Shown here: piece after piece, positions 25,114 to 39,263 of the stretch | Layout: every line of letters begins with the position of its first letter | Position numbering within the stretch: position 1 is the stretch's first letter | Origin: Felis catus | Lineage: Eukaryota | Assembly: GCF_018350175.1 (NCBI RefSeq) | Contig: NC_058368.1 | Coordinates: 32,490,001-32,554,000 of the forward strand | Direction: 5' to 3' | DNA length: 64,000 nt | Position numbers and translations under genes: made by a program | The notes under the pieces: model-generated | Database searches by the model: none | Seen by the model: only the letters and a program-made list of their open reading frames with translations | Told to the model about the DNA's origin: nothing

Positions 25114-27543
25114 CTGGAACAAATATCCAGGGAAGAGACTTAATCATGTTAACTTTAATGCTTTTTTTCTTTTTTTTTCTAACTTTTGCACTAACAGAAG
25201 TCACTTGATATTTATTCAGAAAGATAAATTATAGACACTGTTTTACATTCAGATCAAATAAGTGATTTGGGGGCACAAGAGAGGGCAAAATTAATTAGAC
25301 TGAGAAATAAAATTCTTGATATTAGCACTTTGCTTTTTTACAGTACTAATGTGTAGTTATTTGACTTTTTTTATTTTTGAAACTGACAAATTTCAAAAGG
25401 ACTGAAAAAACTGTACTTCTGAAAATGCATATTCCTTGTTTAAGTCTTCTCAAAGTATGAACTATACACAATAAATGGTTTGGATAAGGCTGAAGTCATT
25501 TTGGAATTGTTGCTATTCCTATTTTTAATGCAGTTTAATTAATTATATTTGAACTGCAAGTGTTTCATACCTTTTTAAAATCTACAAAAGGAAATGAGTA
25601 AAAAGTTGCCTTCCATTAGTGTCCCACAGCTACTCATTACCCAAAGCAACCTGGTATAATTTTCTTCTAAATTATTCCAAGAATATTTTGTTCATTTACA
25701 TGCAAATTATGATATTTTAGATATATACTTTTTGTTATTTTTAATTAATAGGCTTTATGTTTTTAGAAGAGTTCTAGATTTAGGGAAAATTGAGCACGAA
25801 GTAAAGAGTCTCCATAGACCATACACCCACCCTTCAGCACAACTGCCCCATTATTAACATTTTACATTAATATGGTATCTTCGTTGCAAAAAATGTATGT
25901 ATTTATACATTGTTATTAATTAAATTCCATAGCTTACATCTGGTTTAATTCTTTGTGTTTTGCTTTCTATGAGTTTTGAAAAATATATGTCATGGATCTG
26001 CCATTACAGTATTATACAGAATAGTTTCACTGTTCTAAAAATCATGTGTTTCACATATTCAATTCTCCCCCTTAATACTCCAGCAACCACAGGTATTTTC
26101 ACTCTCTGCAGTCTTTCTTTTTGAAGAATGCTATATAGTAGAATCATACAGCTTGTAGCCTTTTCAGACTAGCTTCTTTCACTAGCACTATGTAATTAAA
26201 ATTGTTTTGTGCCTCATCTTTTCATGCTTTGATAAATCCATTTCTTTTTTGACGTTGAAAAATATTTCACTGAATGAATTAAACACAGTTTTTCCATTCA
26301 CCTCTGGAGGAGATTTTGGTTGCTTTCAATGATGGGCAATTACAAATAAAGCTGGAATAAACATCAGTGTGCAGGTTTTTGTGTGGACATAAGTTTCCAA
26401 CTCAATTGGATAAATACCTATGAGCGCTGTTGCTGGATCATATGGTAAGACTATGTTTAGCTTTCTAAAAAAATCCTGCCAGCTGTCGTCTAAAATGGTT
26501 ATACAATTTTGAATTGCAACCAGATATGAATGAGAATTTATTTTGCTCTGCATACTTACTAGCATTTGGTATTTTCAGATTTACGGATTTTAGCCGTTCT
26601 GATAGATGTGAAGTGGTGTCTCATTGTTTCATTGTACAATGTCTTACCATTCGATGTTGACCATCTTCTCATGGGCTTATTTGTCATCTGCATGTTTATC
26701 TTGGTGATATATCTGTTCAGATGCTTTGCCCTTTCTCTAACTGGATTATCTGTTTTGTTATTGTTGAGTTTTAAGACCTCTTTATAAATTTTGGGTACAA
26801 TTTCTTTATCAGGTATGTGTTTTACAAGTATTTAAAATCAGTTTTTGGCTTAGCTTTTCATTCCCTTCACAGTGCCTTTCACAGAAGAGAAGGTTTTAAT
26901 TTTAATAAAGACCAACCTCAATTTTTTAACAAATCATGCTTTGGTTGATTGTATTAAAAACTGATCATTTAACCCAAGTTCATTTATTTTCCCCTCTGTT
27001 ACTTTCAAGAATGTTCATAGTTTTGTATTTTCACTCAGGTATGTGATCCATTTTGAATTAATGTTTGTGAGAGGTTTACGGTCTGTGTCTAGATTAATTT
27101 CTCTGTATATGGAGATCCAATTGTTCTAGTATCACTTGTTGAAAGGGCTATTGCTCCATTGAACACCCTCTGCTCTTTTATTACTGAGCTTTCTAGTCTG
27201 TTCCATTGATATATTTGTCTATTGTTTTACTTATACCAAACTGTCGTGATTATAGTAGCATTATAATCAAGTCATGTCAGTCCCCCAGTTTTGTTCTTTG
27301 TCATTGTTTTGCCTATTCTAGATCTTTTACTCTTCAGTAAAAACTTTAGATACAATTTGTCAATACCTGCAAGACAATTTTTTCTGAATGCTGCTTAGGA
27401 ATGTGTTAAATCAGTAGGTCTATTTGAAACAACTGACATCATAACAAATCAAGTCTTCCCATTCATGAACACAACATTTATCTCCATTTATTTACATCTA
27501 TGTTCTTTCATCAGAGTTTCATTACTTTTCAAAAATAATTAAT

Positions 27544-27650
27544 GGGGGTGCCTGATGGCTCAGTCAGTAAAGTATGTGACTCTCTTGATCTCAGAGTTGT
27601 AAATTCAAACCCCATGGTGGACATAGAATTACTTAAAAAAATCTTAAAGA
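27544..27650 (+). mobile_element. Short old tRNA-derived carnivore SINE
   Basis: gggggtgcctgatggctcagtcagtaaagtatgtgactctcttgatctcagagttgtaaattcaaaccccatg. Confidence 0.75.
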
Positions 27651-28067
27651 AAATAATTTGTGTACATATTTTGTTAGATTTACATCTAAGCATTTCTTTT
27701 TTTCTTTATTTTCTTTCTTTGGTGCTAAAGTAAGTGATTTTGTGTTTTTAATTTCAAATTCCAATTGTTCATTGCTAATATATAGGAAAGAAATGACTTT
27801 TATTCTAACCTTACTTTAATAATTTATTCATTCCAGGAATTTTTATATGAGATTTTCTACATAGATAATCGTATTATTTGTTAATAATGGCAGTTTATTT
27901 TTGGCTTTTCCAAACTATAGAACTCTCTTTTTTTCATCCTATATTAGCTTCCATTAGCTGGATTTCTCACACTGTTGAATAGGAGTAATGAAAAGAATAA
28001 TCCTTGCCTTGTTCCTAATCTTAAGACGGAAACATTTAGGTTTTCACCATTGAACATGTTAGTAATA

Positions 28068-28235
28068 GGGTTGCGTGGGTGACTCATTTGGTTAAGTTTT
28101 CAACTCTTGGTTTGGCTCAGATCATGATCATGGTTTGTTAGATCTCACGCTGACAGCGCTGAACTTGCCCAGGATTCTCTCTATTCCTCTCTCTCTCTCT
28201 CTCTCTCTCAAAATAAATAAATAAACTTTAAAAAA
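28068..28235 (+). mobile_element. Can-SINE (diverged, internally deleted)
   Basis: Head, (CT)n and aaataaataaa tail. Confidence 0.85.
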
Positions 28236-28589
28236 TATGTTAGCTGTAGAGCTTTTGTAGATGTTTTATAGCAATTTGAAAAATTTACCTCTCTTCTTAG
28301 TTTTTTGAGAATTTTTGTCATGAATGGGTATTAGATTTGTCAAATGTTTTCTCTATCAGTTGTTATATCATTTGATTTTCTTCTTTAGCCTGTTAATGTA
28401 ATGGAATACACCAATTGGTTTTTAAATGTTGACAAGCTTTTGCATAGGAATAAATCCCAAATGGCCATGATGCAAAATAATGCTTTTTATGTAATGATGG
28501 GTTTTATTTGCTAAAATATTCTTAATACATTTTGAATCTGCATCCATTAGTTTTGGTTTGTAGTTTTTCTCTCTGTAATGGCTTTATCT

Positions 28590-28591
<2 letters not shown>

Positions 28592-28625
<34 letters not shown>
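28592..28625. repeat. Poly-T run (~34 nt)
   Basis: Read directly. Confidence 0.95.
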
Positions 28626-28626
<1 letters not shown>

Positions 28627-30361
28627 TATTGGAGTTATACTACCCTGATAGAATGTATTAAGGGTAGCAATTTTTTGGAAATTTCTGGATTCAGTTTTCT
28701 GGAACAGATTGGAGAGAATTGATATTTCTTGTTTAAAGCTTTGATAGAAGCCACTAGTGAGACCATCTAAGACTGGTGTTTTATTTTTCCAAATTTAATT
28801 GTTGATTCAATTTCTTACTGGATAAAGGTATGTTCAGAAAACCTACTTCTTTTGTGAGTTTTGCTATTTTGGTCTTTTAGGATTTGGTTAAATTCATCTA
28901 CTTTGTTAAATTTGTGGTCATATTTGTGATTTGTAAATATTATCTATTTATTATCCTTTAAATGTCTACAGAGTCAGTAGTGACAACCTCTCTTTTATTT
29001 TGGGGTCAGTAATATGTGTCTTTTCCCTTTTTTTCTTGATTAGCCTGTCTAGATATTTATCATGTTATTAATATTTTTAAAGAACAAGCTTTTCATGCAA
29101 TTTTAGCTATTGGCTTCCTATTTTTAATTGCACTTTTAACTTTTAATTATTGTTTTCTTATGCTTGTTTTATGCTTATAGTACTGTTCTTTCTCTAGTTT
29201 CCTAATGTAAAAACCTTGATTGATTTTACATCTTTTTTTTCTAACATGTGGATTCAATGCTATAAATTTCCCACTAAGCATACTTTCACTACCTCCCACA
29301 AATTTTGATAACTTGTATTTTTATTTTCATTGAGTTTAAAATACATTTTCACCTTTCTTGAGACTTCCACTTTGACCCATGTGTACTTAGATGTGTAGTG
29401 TTTAATTTCAAAATATTTTCAAAATTTTTCAGCTCATTCTGTTATTGGTATCTAGTTAATTCCACTGTGGTTTAAGAGCATGATATGTATGATTTCTATT
29501 CTTTTAAATTTGTTAAGCCTGTGTTTTGGGACAAGAATGTGGTCTATCTTGGCAAATGTTCCATTGTACCTGAGAGGAATTTGTATTCTGCTATTGATTA
29601 ATGAAATATTCTAGAAATGTTAATTAGATGCAGTTCATAGACGGTTCCATTCAGTTCCACTATATCCTTACTGACATTCTGCCAATTGAATCTGCCAATT
29701 ACTGACATAGGGCTGTTGAAATATCCAACTATGATAGTGGCTTGGCAGATTTCTCCTTGTACTTTTATCAGTTTTATTCTCTCATATTTTGATGTTCTAC
29801 TGTTAGTTGCACGTATGTTGAGGATTGTTATGTCTTCTTGGAGAATAGACTCCTTTAACTTTAAGCAATGTTCTTTGTCATGATAATGTTATTGTAGTTC
29901 CAAAGACTGGTTTTTCAAAAATAAATATGGCTACTCCAGTTTTCTTTGAGCTGTGTTAGCATCGTATATATCTTTCTCCACCTCTTTAATTTTAAACGAT
30001 GTATTTATAATTAAAGTGGGTTTCTTATAGGCAACATAGTTGTGTCTCTGTTTTGTTTGGTGTTTTAAAATCCATGCAGTTAAACTATGTCCATTAGTTG
30101 GTATATTTAGATCTTTTAGATTTACAGTAGCTATTGATACAGTTGAATTAGTATCTAGTATGTTTATAGCTGTTTATCTTCTTTACATTTGTTGTTTCAT
30201 TTTTACTTTCCTTTTTTTCTTACTAATCCAGTTTAAATTAATAAACCACTTAAACCATTTTGTAAGATGTTATGAACTTTTATACCTTAGTATATCAGTT
30301 GTACTACTTATTTTAATTTTCTATATTTCCCTATACATTTATAAATAATATAACTCTACTT

Positions 30362-30580
30362 TCATTTTTTTAATGTTTATTTATTTTTGAGAGAGAGAGA
30401 GAGAGTGTGCACATGAGCAGGGGAGGGACAGTGAGAGAGAGGGAGACACAGAATCCGAAGCAGGCTCTGGGATCTGAGCTTTCAGCACAGAGCTGGACGC
30501 GGGGCTTGAACTCACAAATCGTGAGATCGTGACCTGGGCCAAAGTCGGGTGCTTAACCCACTGAGCCACCCAGGCACCCC
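30362..30580 (-). mobile_element. Young Can-SINE
   Basis: Near-consensus; TSD aatataactctactt at 30347-30361 and 30581-30595. Confidence 0.96.
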
Positions 30581-32375
30581 AATATAACTCTACTTGCAAA
30601 TAACACTATATCTCTTCAGTTACTGCAGATAGACTTAATAGATTAGGCCAATTCTCTCAATCATTGCTATCATTTATTTCATTTATGAATATTCTATGAC
30701 CACTCTATACATTGTGGTTCTTATTAATTTAATGTTATATATTTGATTAATTAAAAGTATGGAAAATAAAGATTTTATTTTACTTTAATTAATTCCTTCT
30801 CTGATTTCTTCCTTTCTTTATGTAATCTGCATTTGTGATCTATTTTATTTCCCTTCCCTCTGAAATACTTAACATCTCTTACATCTATTTGTAATAGATG
30901 CTCTCAGTTTTTGTTTATCTGAGAAAGTGTTTATCTCCCTTCATTTTATTGAAGGCTAACTTTGCTGGATACAGATTTCTATGTTTCTTGGGTTGTTTTC
31001 TTTAACAATTTATGTATTTTATTCTACTTTGTCCTTGTTTATATTGTTTCTGATGAGGAGTCCAGTGTAATTCTTATCCTTCATCAGTAGGAAAGATGGT
31101 TTTCTCTTTCTGGCTGTTTGCAAGATTATCCCTTTGTCTTTGGCTGCCTGCAGTCTCTTAAGATGAACCTGGATGTAGGGTATTTATCCTGCTTTGCATT
31201 CTCTGAGCTTTGAGTTCTGTGGTTTGATGTGTCATTAATTTTTGAAATTTTCCTGCTCTTATTAATTAAATACTTCTTTTCCTCCTTTCCTTCTTTTCCT
31301 TCTGATCTTTCTAGCAAAGTATGCTATGCCTTTTGTAATTACCCCACAGTTCATGATGATCTGTTAGTTGTTTTCATCCATTCATTTTGTTTTGTTTTGC
31401 ATTTCAGTTTGAGAAGTTTTTATTGACATTATCTTCAGTCCCACGGATTCTTTTCTCAGCCTGGTCCTAACTGTCTTATGAGACCATTAAGGCATTCTTT
31501 ATTTCTGTTACAGTTTAATTTTTTTTCTAGCATTCCCTTTTACTTCTTTCTATTAATGTGGTGGAAAGGGATTGACAGTAGAATGTATTTGTTAATTGTA
31601 TGATTAAATTTAAGTTATTGGTGAGTCTGACTTCCTAAGCTCTGACTTTTGAGTGTCTTTCTTAGCCTTTTCCTCTCTACTTCAGAGGAGCAGGTTAAAG
31701 GGGGCTGGGATTGGATACGTGCTCTTTCTCTATAGCAGATAAGTATCTGGTAAATTTCCTTTCAAGGGGAGATCTTTGTAATGGAGAATATTCTGGGCAT
31801 ATTTCAAGATTTTTTCCCTGCTGCTGCATGAAACATAAAAGGATATTTTTCAGATCTTCATCATGAAAATCTGGTATGGTTCATAGAGACAAAATCTTAT
31901 AAAGTTCAAAAGACTTCAAAAACTAGGGCCTAGCAGATTTTAACTCACAAGAGAGTCTATATTCAGTCTCCATCAATTTGCCAAATTACCGGTTAATGTT
32001 CTTACCAGTTACTAGCTCCTGTGCTTTATTTCAGGTAAGTTAATCTCAGCTTTGATTCTCTGTACTTGTCTGTCTCTCAAATTTCCATTGGATGTGATTT
32101 CAAATCTCTAATGGATCTAAGAAAAGTTCCTGAATTTCAATTTGTTAAATGTTTTTTTCCTTGTTTTTAGGATAGGAGTGACAATGTCCAAAACAGTTAT
32201 ATATTGTAGCTAAAGCTGGAAGTTCTTTTTTTTTAAACAAATTATATGCATGCTATATACCCTGTACATTGCTTTTTGTTAATTAGTATATCTTAAGGGT
32301 TTTTTCTCATTTTTCAGTTGCTTAGTGGTTAATGTTTAAATGTTCATCTATTTATTTTAGAAATATTTATTATCA

Positions 32376-32875
32376 GGTGCCTGGGTAGCTTAGTTAAGTG
32401 TCTGACTTTGGCTCAGGTCATGATCCCATGGTTTGTGCATTCAAACCCCACTTCGGGCTCTGTGCTGACAGCTTGGAGTGTGGAGCCTACTTCAGATTCT
32501 GTGTCTTCCTGCTCTTTGCCCCTCCCCAACTCATGCTCTGTCTCTCTTTCTCTCTCAAAAATAAATAAACATAAAAACATTAAAAAAATGGTTTGGTGTG
32601 TTAAAGCAACTTGTGTAAATCATCTTGGTAGTTATTCAATACATTCTAGAAGAAGGGTACCTGGGTGGCTCAGTTGGTTAAGCATCTGACTTTTGATCTT
32701 GTCTTAGGTCATGATCTCCCAGTTCATGAGATCAGGCTCCACACTGGGCTCGGTGCTGACGGTGCAGAGCCGCTTGGGATTCTCTCTCCCTCCCACTCTG
32801 CCCCTCTCCTGCTCATGTGTGCACACAGTTGTGTGCACACACATTCTCTCTAAAAATAAATAAGTAAAATTTAAA
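32376..32875 (+). mobile_element. Two tandem Can-SINEs (~32376-32590, ~32655-32875)
   Basis: Two SINE heads, bodies and tails. Confidence 0.92.
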
Positions 32876-33185
32876 TATGTGCATGTATTTATATATATTC
32901 TAGAGGACATACGTTTCATAGATACATAACTATTTTAGATTCAAAAATGTATTTCAATATGTTAATTCATTTATGAAACACTCAGCAATGTATTCACAAA
33001 AATCCTGAAACTGTCAATTTGTTGGTAAATAGGTAAAATATGTTGTAGATACACTAAATAGTTACATCATTATCAGGAGGAAAAGAGATTATGGGAGTTA
33101 GTGCTTTTACTTCCATTTTAGTACTGCTTTACACTTTTAGTAAGTTGTATTATTGAATAAAAATAAATGAACATTAATTAAATTA

Positions 33186-33425
33186 TAGTAACACCTTGGT
33201 TTGTGAGCATAATTTATTCCAGAAACATACTTGTAATCCAAAGCACTTGTATATCAAAGCGAGTTTCAAGAGCCATTGGTTCAGTTGTGATCATGTGATA
33301 TTCGGCATCACATATTACTCGTATTGCAAAACGTCGCTAGTTTATCAAGTTGAAATTTATTAGAAATATTTGCTCACTTGAGGAACACTCACAGAACAAG
33401 TTACTCACAATCCAAGGTATTACTG
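33186..33425. mobile_element. Tigger/TcMar-type non-autonomous DNA transposon (MITE)
   Basis: Terminal inverted repeats: left tagtaacaccttggtttgtgag; reverse complement of right end cagtaataccttggattgtgag. Confidence 0.85.
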
Positions 33426-33469
33426 TCTATTAAATCAACAATGGCAACATTTTATTAATATAGACACAC

Positions 33470-35227
33470 TTGTACATTATTGTTTGGAATGTGACTTCTA
33501 AATAAGCTTTATGAGAAGTTTTGCAATGTGTATCAGTACTCTTATCGGTATTCATGTATTGATAAGCAATATTTCCACATTTGTTAATCTTTAGAGAGAA
33601 AAAAGCAGCAATGCAAATAACATTTAAATAGAAGAGCCATTGCCTTTGTTTTAATTTAACAAGAAAACATACGAGCAATTTATAGGTAACAGAATGTTGA
33701 ACTCAAATATATTATTGCATATTTACAGAATAACATTATTTTTGAAACACATTAATTTGTACGTAAAATGATTAGTATTTAATATTAAAATTTAAAAAGC
33801 AGTATACAAAATAATAAAACACATGTTGCTTATTTTTAATACCTTAAAACCTAAGAACACAAATGTGAAAAGATAGAAGATCTGGAAAAGTATATCAAAA
33901 ATTTTTTTCTAATTTTTGGCTCTTACAAATAACACTGTTATGAATATATTTACATACATCTCTTGGTGCACGTATGTGTAAATTTCTTTTGGCTATACGT
34001 TTAGTAGTAGGATGCCAGTGTCACATCTCATGTCTATATTCAACTTCACTACCTACACCCAAACAGTTTTCCAATGTGGTTCTACCAATATATTTTCCTA
34101 CCAGTAGAGTGTGAAAGTTCCCATTGCTTTCCAACCTTGTCAATATTTGATATTGTCAGTAATATTAATTTTACAGTTGTAAGTTTTTGGTATTCTTTTT
34201 CTGTTCATCTTTTATGTTCTTACATTCTAAAATGAATAAAAATAAACATTATAAAAATGAGATAATAATATACTAAATGTTATGTTTCTATAGCTCTTCT
34301 ACTTAAGTTTTATATTTCCTAGGTTACCTATGTAGAATTCATTGCATAAACCGTTTAAGTAACAGGATTAATATTCACGCCAAATATATTGTGGAGATAA
34401 AATGTTCTATAGATTTTAAATGACATGGGATAAACTGCACCATTTTGTAAAAGGGACATCCAGATGTGGCAGAGGGATAGATTAGGAGGCCTTTTTGTAT
34501 CCTTAATGTGCCTGCATCTGTGATGATAACAGTCCTTTATTAATAAGAGGGTTCTTCTTCTTAATTGGAAATTTCTTGGCCTGCTGTTCAGCGTTTGTTA
34601 GGAGAGTTGGCAAAAGGAAACATAGTACTTACTTCTGTTTATTTCATAAGTACCCTTGTAAATAATTGTGTAAAATCCTGTTATTCACAATTCTTAAATA
34701 ACGAATAGAGATTATTAGTCCTGGTGAACAGAGCTCATTATCTTTAAACTCTACTAGAAAATATCATAGAGGATTTATTTGCTATTCTCCGAAAGAAACC
34801 TATCATAGTATGTGTACATATGGTCATAATCTCCTGTCTTTCAGGTTCCCCCCCATAAGAATTGTCTGCACAATTAATATGTATAGGAACATTACATATA
34901 TAGAATATGTCTTTCACCTTTTCAGTTTGTTCTCTGGGATTTGCATGTCCTTACTTAACATGTTCCTTGTTTCTGTTATTATGCAAGAAATCATGCCTGA
35001 TTAAGTTCAGACAGTTTGCAAGGCAGGGGGTTTGTGTAATTGCGATCATGCTCTGCAGGTTTTTACTTAATTGTCATCTCTTCTGAAACTAGATTAAAGG
35101 ATTTTTTTAGAGTGTGCTGCTCACCTGTTTGTTCATTACATTAATTTAAGTTGTCTTCCCTGCTATTTGTTAAAAACCTACCACCAGGAGAATTCGGTGA
35201 GGTCATTTTTTTCCCCATCCTATCTGC
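33470..35227 (-). pseudogene. Exons 35125-35227, 34918-34996, 34633-34677, 33470-33588: end of START repeat 2 and linker into repeat 3
   Basis: Phases chain 0->1->2->2->1. Reads ADRMGKKMTSPNSPGGRFLTNSREDNLN*CNEQT|GMISCIITETRNMLSKDMQIPENKLKR|ILHNYLQGYL*NKQK|LTNVEILLINT*IPIRVLIHIAKLLIKLI*KSHSKQ*CT. Compare STARD4 NHPCGWFCVPLKDNPNQS..IQTDLRGMI and STARD6 VQTEMRGKLS (from memory). Confidence 0.72.
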
Positions 35228-36704
35228 CTAAAGGCATTATATCACTTTGTCATACAGTATCATGTATCCAGTAAACTCCGACTTTTCTCAGATATCTAGG
35301 ATGATGAAAGTACCAGAATAGGTCCATTTGTCCCTTGGGATAATTGTGTCTACCATTCCAATCCATGAGGATGAGCTTTAAAGCATTTAAAGTATAAATA
35401 TCCATGAAAGATATTCTAATATAAAATGGTATATTCCTTTTAACTCAGGGTGCTGCAAATCCAAGGAACATCAATTGTGCCACTTTTTTTTCTTTCTAAA
35501 ACAGGCAATAATAGGGAATTCATTTTCTGACTTAGGGTCTAATTCTCCACTTTCTATAGACATGGCAATAAACACCATATTTATTTACCTGTATTGTCAA
35601 TTAACCTTTACATCTTTAATTTCTGTACTTGGAAATTTGAGAATATACATGTGACATAGTAACTGAGCATAAAATATTATGTAATATCATTTATTACAGT
35701 ATTTTGCCGTATAATAAATCATTTATAGTTCCTCAAAAAGAGATAACCAAAGGAAAAAAGTAGTTAACTTGCACGTTAACACCCAGATTACTGGTAAATG
35801 TACAGTTTGTATTGAAAACTGATTCTGTCTGATCAAACTGATTCTGTCAAATCATAGGCTTTTTAATTTTTGGCACATTTTTTTCTGTGATAACATGGTA
35901 CTTCAGCTGCTTTTTGAGCTATTACTTGAACTGTGATTGTGAATTAAAGCCCTATTGTAAAAACCTACTGTGTAGCAGACCATGAAAACAGTTTGGGATA
36001 TAGGAAATATATCAGCATAACACGAACAAAACAACACAAAGAGAAATCTAAATCAAGCATCCACACAATATAAAATTATTTTAATAAGAATTTCTACATT
36101 TTCATAGTGAGCAGCACTTGGAAATTTAAAGAGTAATCCTATCACCTACCTGTCATTTATGAATTGCTACATATAATTAAGATGAAGCCTTCTGTGCTAA
36201 ACCACATGCAATAATTTAAATCCATAGTATATTTGCAATTATTATCAATTCTTTTCAATACCCTCTGAGAGTTTTTCCTATTGAAGCCCTACTACATATT
36301 AAGAGAAATTCATGTTGTAAACGCTGTTTGCACAATACATCTAAAAATTATTCCCAAAATGCTTTAAGTGACTGCATTATGTTCAGAGGGATAAAATTAG
36401 TCCAGAAATTATTTGAGTGGCAGTATTATAGTCAGAGGATGTTTATTTGTGAACTATATAAATGACCGAAATAAAATGGTGGCCCCAAACAAGAGACTGA
36501 TTACAACCTAGTTTTTATAAGCGAATATTATATTAAAAATGTGTCATATGAGTTTTAAAATGGTTGCAAATGTTCAGGTATTGTGCTTGCTAAAAAGCAA
36601 GAGGCATGCCACTTCCATTATATTATGATTCCCTTTTAACATATGATTGTATATATTTGAGACTAATTAGTCTTAGAATATATGATAGTGGATGATTTAT
36701 TCTT

Positions 36705-36953
36705 TTTAATTTTTTTTATTTTCACTTTTTGAGAGAGAGAGAGCAAACAGGTGCAGGCTCATGCCTGGCACAGGCAGAGGACAAACAGGTGCAGGCACAA
36801 GGAGGGCACAGGCAGAGGGAGAGAAAGAATCCCGAGCAGGCTCCACACTCAGAGGGGAGCTGGACACAGGGCTTGATCTCATGACTGTGAGATCATGACC
36901 TGAGCCTAAATCAAGAGTTGACCACTTAACCAACCGAGCCACCCAGGCATCTC
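36705..36953 (-). mobile_element. Can-SINE with an internal duplication (caaacaggtgcaggc x2)
   Basis: Reverse SINE ending aaccgagccacccaggcatc. Confidence 0.92.
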
Positions 36954-37634
36954 AGTAGTGGGCACTTTATTCATAACATGAGAAGAATATTTTTATGTCT
37001 CCCCTAAAGTGGAAAACCATAAACACTAGTGTACTTAAAATCCTCATAAGAATTTTAAATGTAAAAAACTAATGGGAGTCCAAACCAGGTAGTGCAATAG
37101 AACATTAATTCAGAAAATCAGGTTTAAAAATGGAATAAGTACCAATTCAAATAAGAACTTTTGAGGCATTACAAAGTTAGAAAGAACTGGAACCTACTAC
37201 ATATCCTAAAAACTGAAGGAACCGAGGGAGGGGATTTTGTACCAGGACCCAGCACTGGGGTAGGTCAATGGAGCTGAGTCAGTGAAGAGGCAGCCGTCCT
37301 TAAGAGAACCTGCCAGCTGCAGAAACAGGGAAAGAAATACCCTAGGCTTCTCCTCTCTCCTATTCTCCAATCTCCTGGCAATACTTTCTATTGGCCAAAC
37401 TCATAGGAAAAGAGTTGGCAGGGGATCCCACAAAATGTGGTTGGTAAATCTGTGGTATGGGGAAGCTACATAAGAACAGAAAGGCAAATGTCTTCACTTC
37501 AGGTTCCACCCATTTTGTTAATCAGTAAATGTTTTAACCTTTCTTCCAATGTGTCACAAAGCAAAAGTTTGCACTTTCACCTAACATGAAGTAATTATCT
37601 TTTACACAAAATGATATCATCTCACCTTATCTCC

Positions 37635-38332
37635 TATTGGGAAAATATAATTAAAAACAAAATCTCTGAACCCAGAAAACCTCCCGACAAAGGTAGAAGA
37701 AAAACAAAGTTTTATTATACATTGAATATGCATTGAACCAGATGATGATGCACATCATAGGCAATCCACGAAGCGATTGCAAAGGCAGGAAGAAATCTTA
37801 TCATTGTATATAGCCAAACATTTACAACATGTTACTTGCATGTTCTCAGGATAAACACTTGAGAACTGGTCTTCAAATAAAAGGACTCAACAGCATCATT
37901 CATCACGTAGTTAATCCAAAATCACTTGAAAATTGGGCTGGACATCTGTGTTAGCTAATTGATTTTATCTAAAGGAAAGTAAACTTCTTATATCTTTATG
38001 ACAGAAGGTAATTATGCAATCTGGAAATTTGCAATTTGCAATTTGGTCCACCAATGTTAGACTCCTAGTCCCCCAGAGAAACTGGAGATATGGACATTAT
38101 CTTCTCTGATGTTTATATTTCAAGGAGATGGTTCTCAATTCCTTGAGAAAGAAACCCTTAGGTCTGAAAGCTGGCAAGAGCCTTACTAAAATTTTAACAA
38201 GATTTATATTCATTTCAAAGAAACAAGAGAATGAATTTACAATTATAAGTTTTCTAAGGTAAATGTTCTAAAAACATCATTTTCAACAATGAGAATTAAG
38301 CCTTTTATTTGTAGTTTATATTTGCCCTTACA
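37635..38332 (-). mobile_element. Probable ERV solo LTR
   Basis: Minus strand begins tgtaagggcaaatataaactac, has AATAAA near its far end and an LTR-like length (~700 bp). Family not assigned. Confidence 0.6.
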
Positions 38333-38689
38333 GTCCCAAAGTAAGGAGAGACACATTGTCCCATCAATCACTGTAGTCTTCTCAAAGCTCGGGATGTTCA
38401 TCCCTCTCCCCAGGTCTAAAGGCAGCCACTCAAGGTGCGATTAGCCATGAACTAAAAATCAGAACGTTAAGCCCCACCAACACTCTTTACCCAAAATACT
38501 AGAGGAAAAAAAAAAAACAAGAAAAGAATTTCATAGTATGCATACCTATGCATAATAAAATATTTGCTGCTGTCACTGTCCTCATTTTGACAGTCGCTCA
38601 AGAATGTACAGCTTTTATTTAGCAATATCACTATTCAGTTTGTTGTTGTATATTACCCTAGTGCTGTTTGAATCTTGGAAATTTCTTTT

Positions 38690-38709
38690 CTTTAATTTTA
38701 TTTATTTAT

Positions 38710-38754
<45 letters not shown>

Positions 38755-39150
38755 TAGCATACATGTGAGCAGGGGAGAGGCAGAGAGAGGAAGAGAGAGA
38801 ATCCGAGCAGGATCCAGGCTCAGCAGGAAGCCCAACATGGGGCTCCATCCCACAACTGTGAGATCATGATCTCAGTCAAAATCAAGAGTCAGATGCCTGG
38901 GGTGCCTGGGTGGCTCAACTGGTTAAGCATCTGACTCTTGATTTCAGCTCAGGTCAGGATTTCGCGGTTTGTGAGTTTGAGCCCCACTCTGGGTTCTGTG
39001 CTGGCAGTGCAGAGCCTGCTTGGGATTGTCTCTCTCTCCCTCTCTCTCTCTGACCTTCCCCTGTTCACACTCTATCTCTCCCTCAAAATAAATAAATAAA
39101 CTTAAAAAAAGAGCCAGACACTTAACCGACTCTTAAGCCCCCCAGACACT
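38690..39150. mobile_element. Nested Can-SINEs: plus-strand SINE (38899-39110) inside a minus-strand SINE
   Basis: The outer SINE is split; TSD-like aagagtcagatgcct / aagagccagacactt flank the inner copy. Confidence 0.93.
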
Positions 39151-39263
39151 CAAAGAAATTTCATTTTAATTCATAATCTTCATTCAACAGAACAAGTAGG
39201 GCCATTCAGGCCTCATTCAAAATAACCAAATTATTTACATACATTTACGTTGTATGGTACAAT

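Larger units (their letters stand above)
25730..32230 (-). mobile_element. Large degraded L1 (L1M-type), about 6.5 kb, with SINE insertions
   Basis: Continuous antisense L1 text from 3' UTR (25.7 kb) through ORF2 to ORF1/5' region (31-32 kb). Confidence 0.82.
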
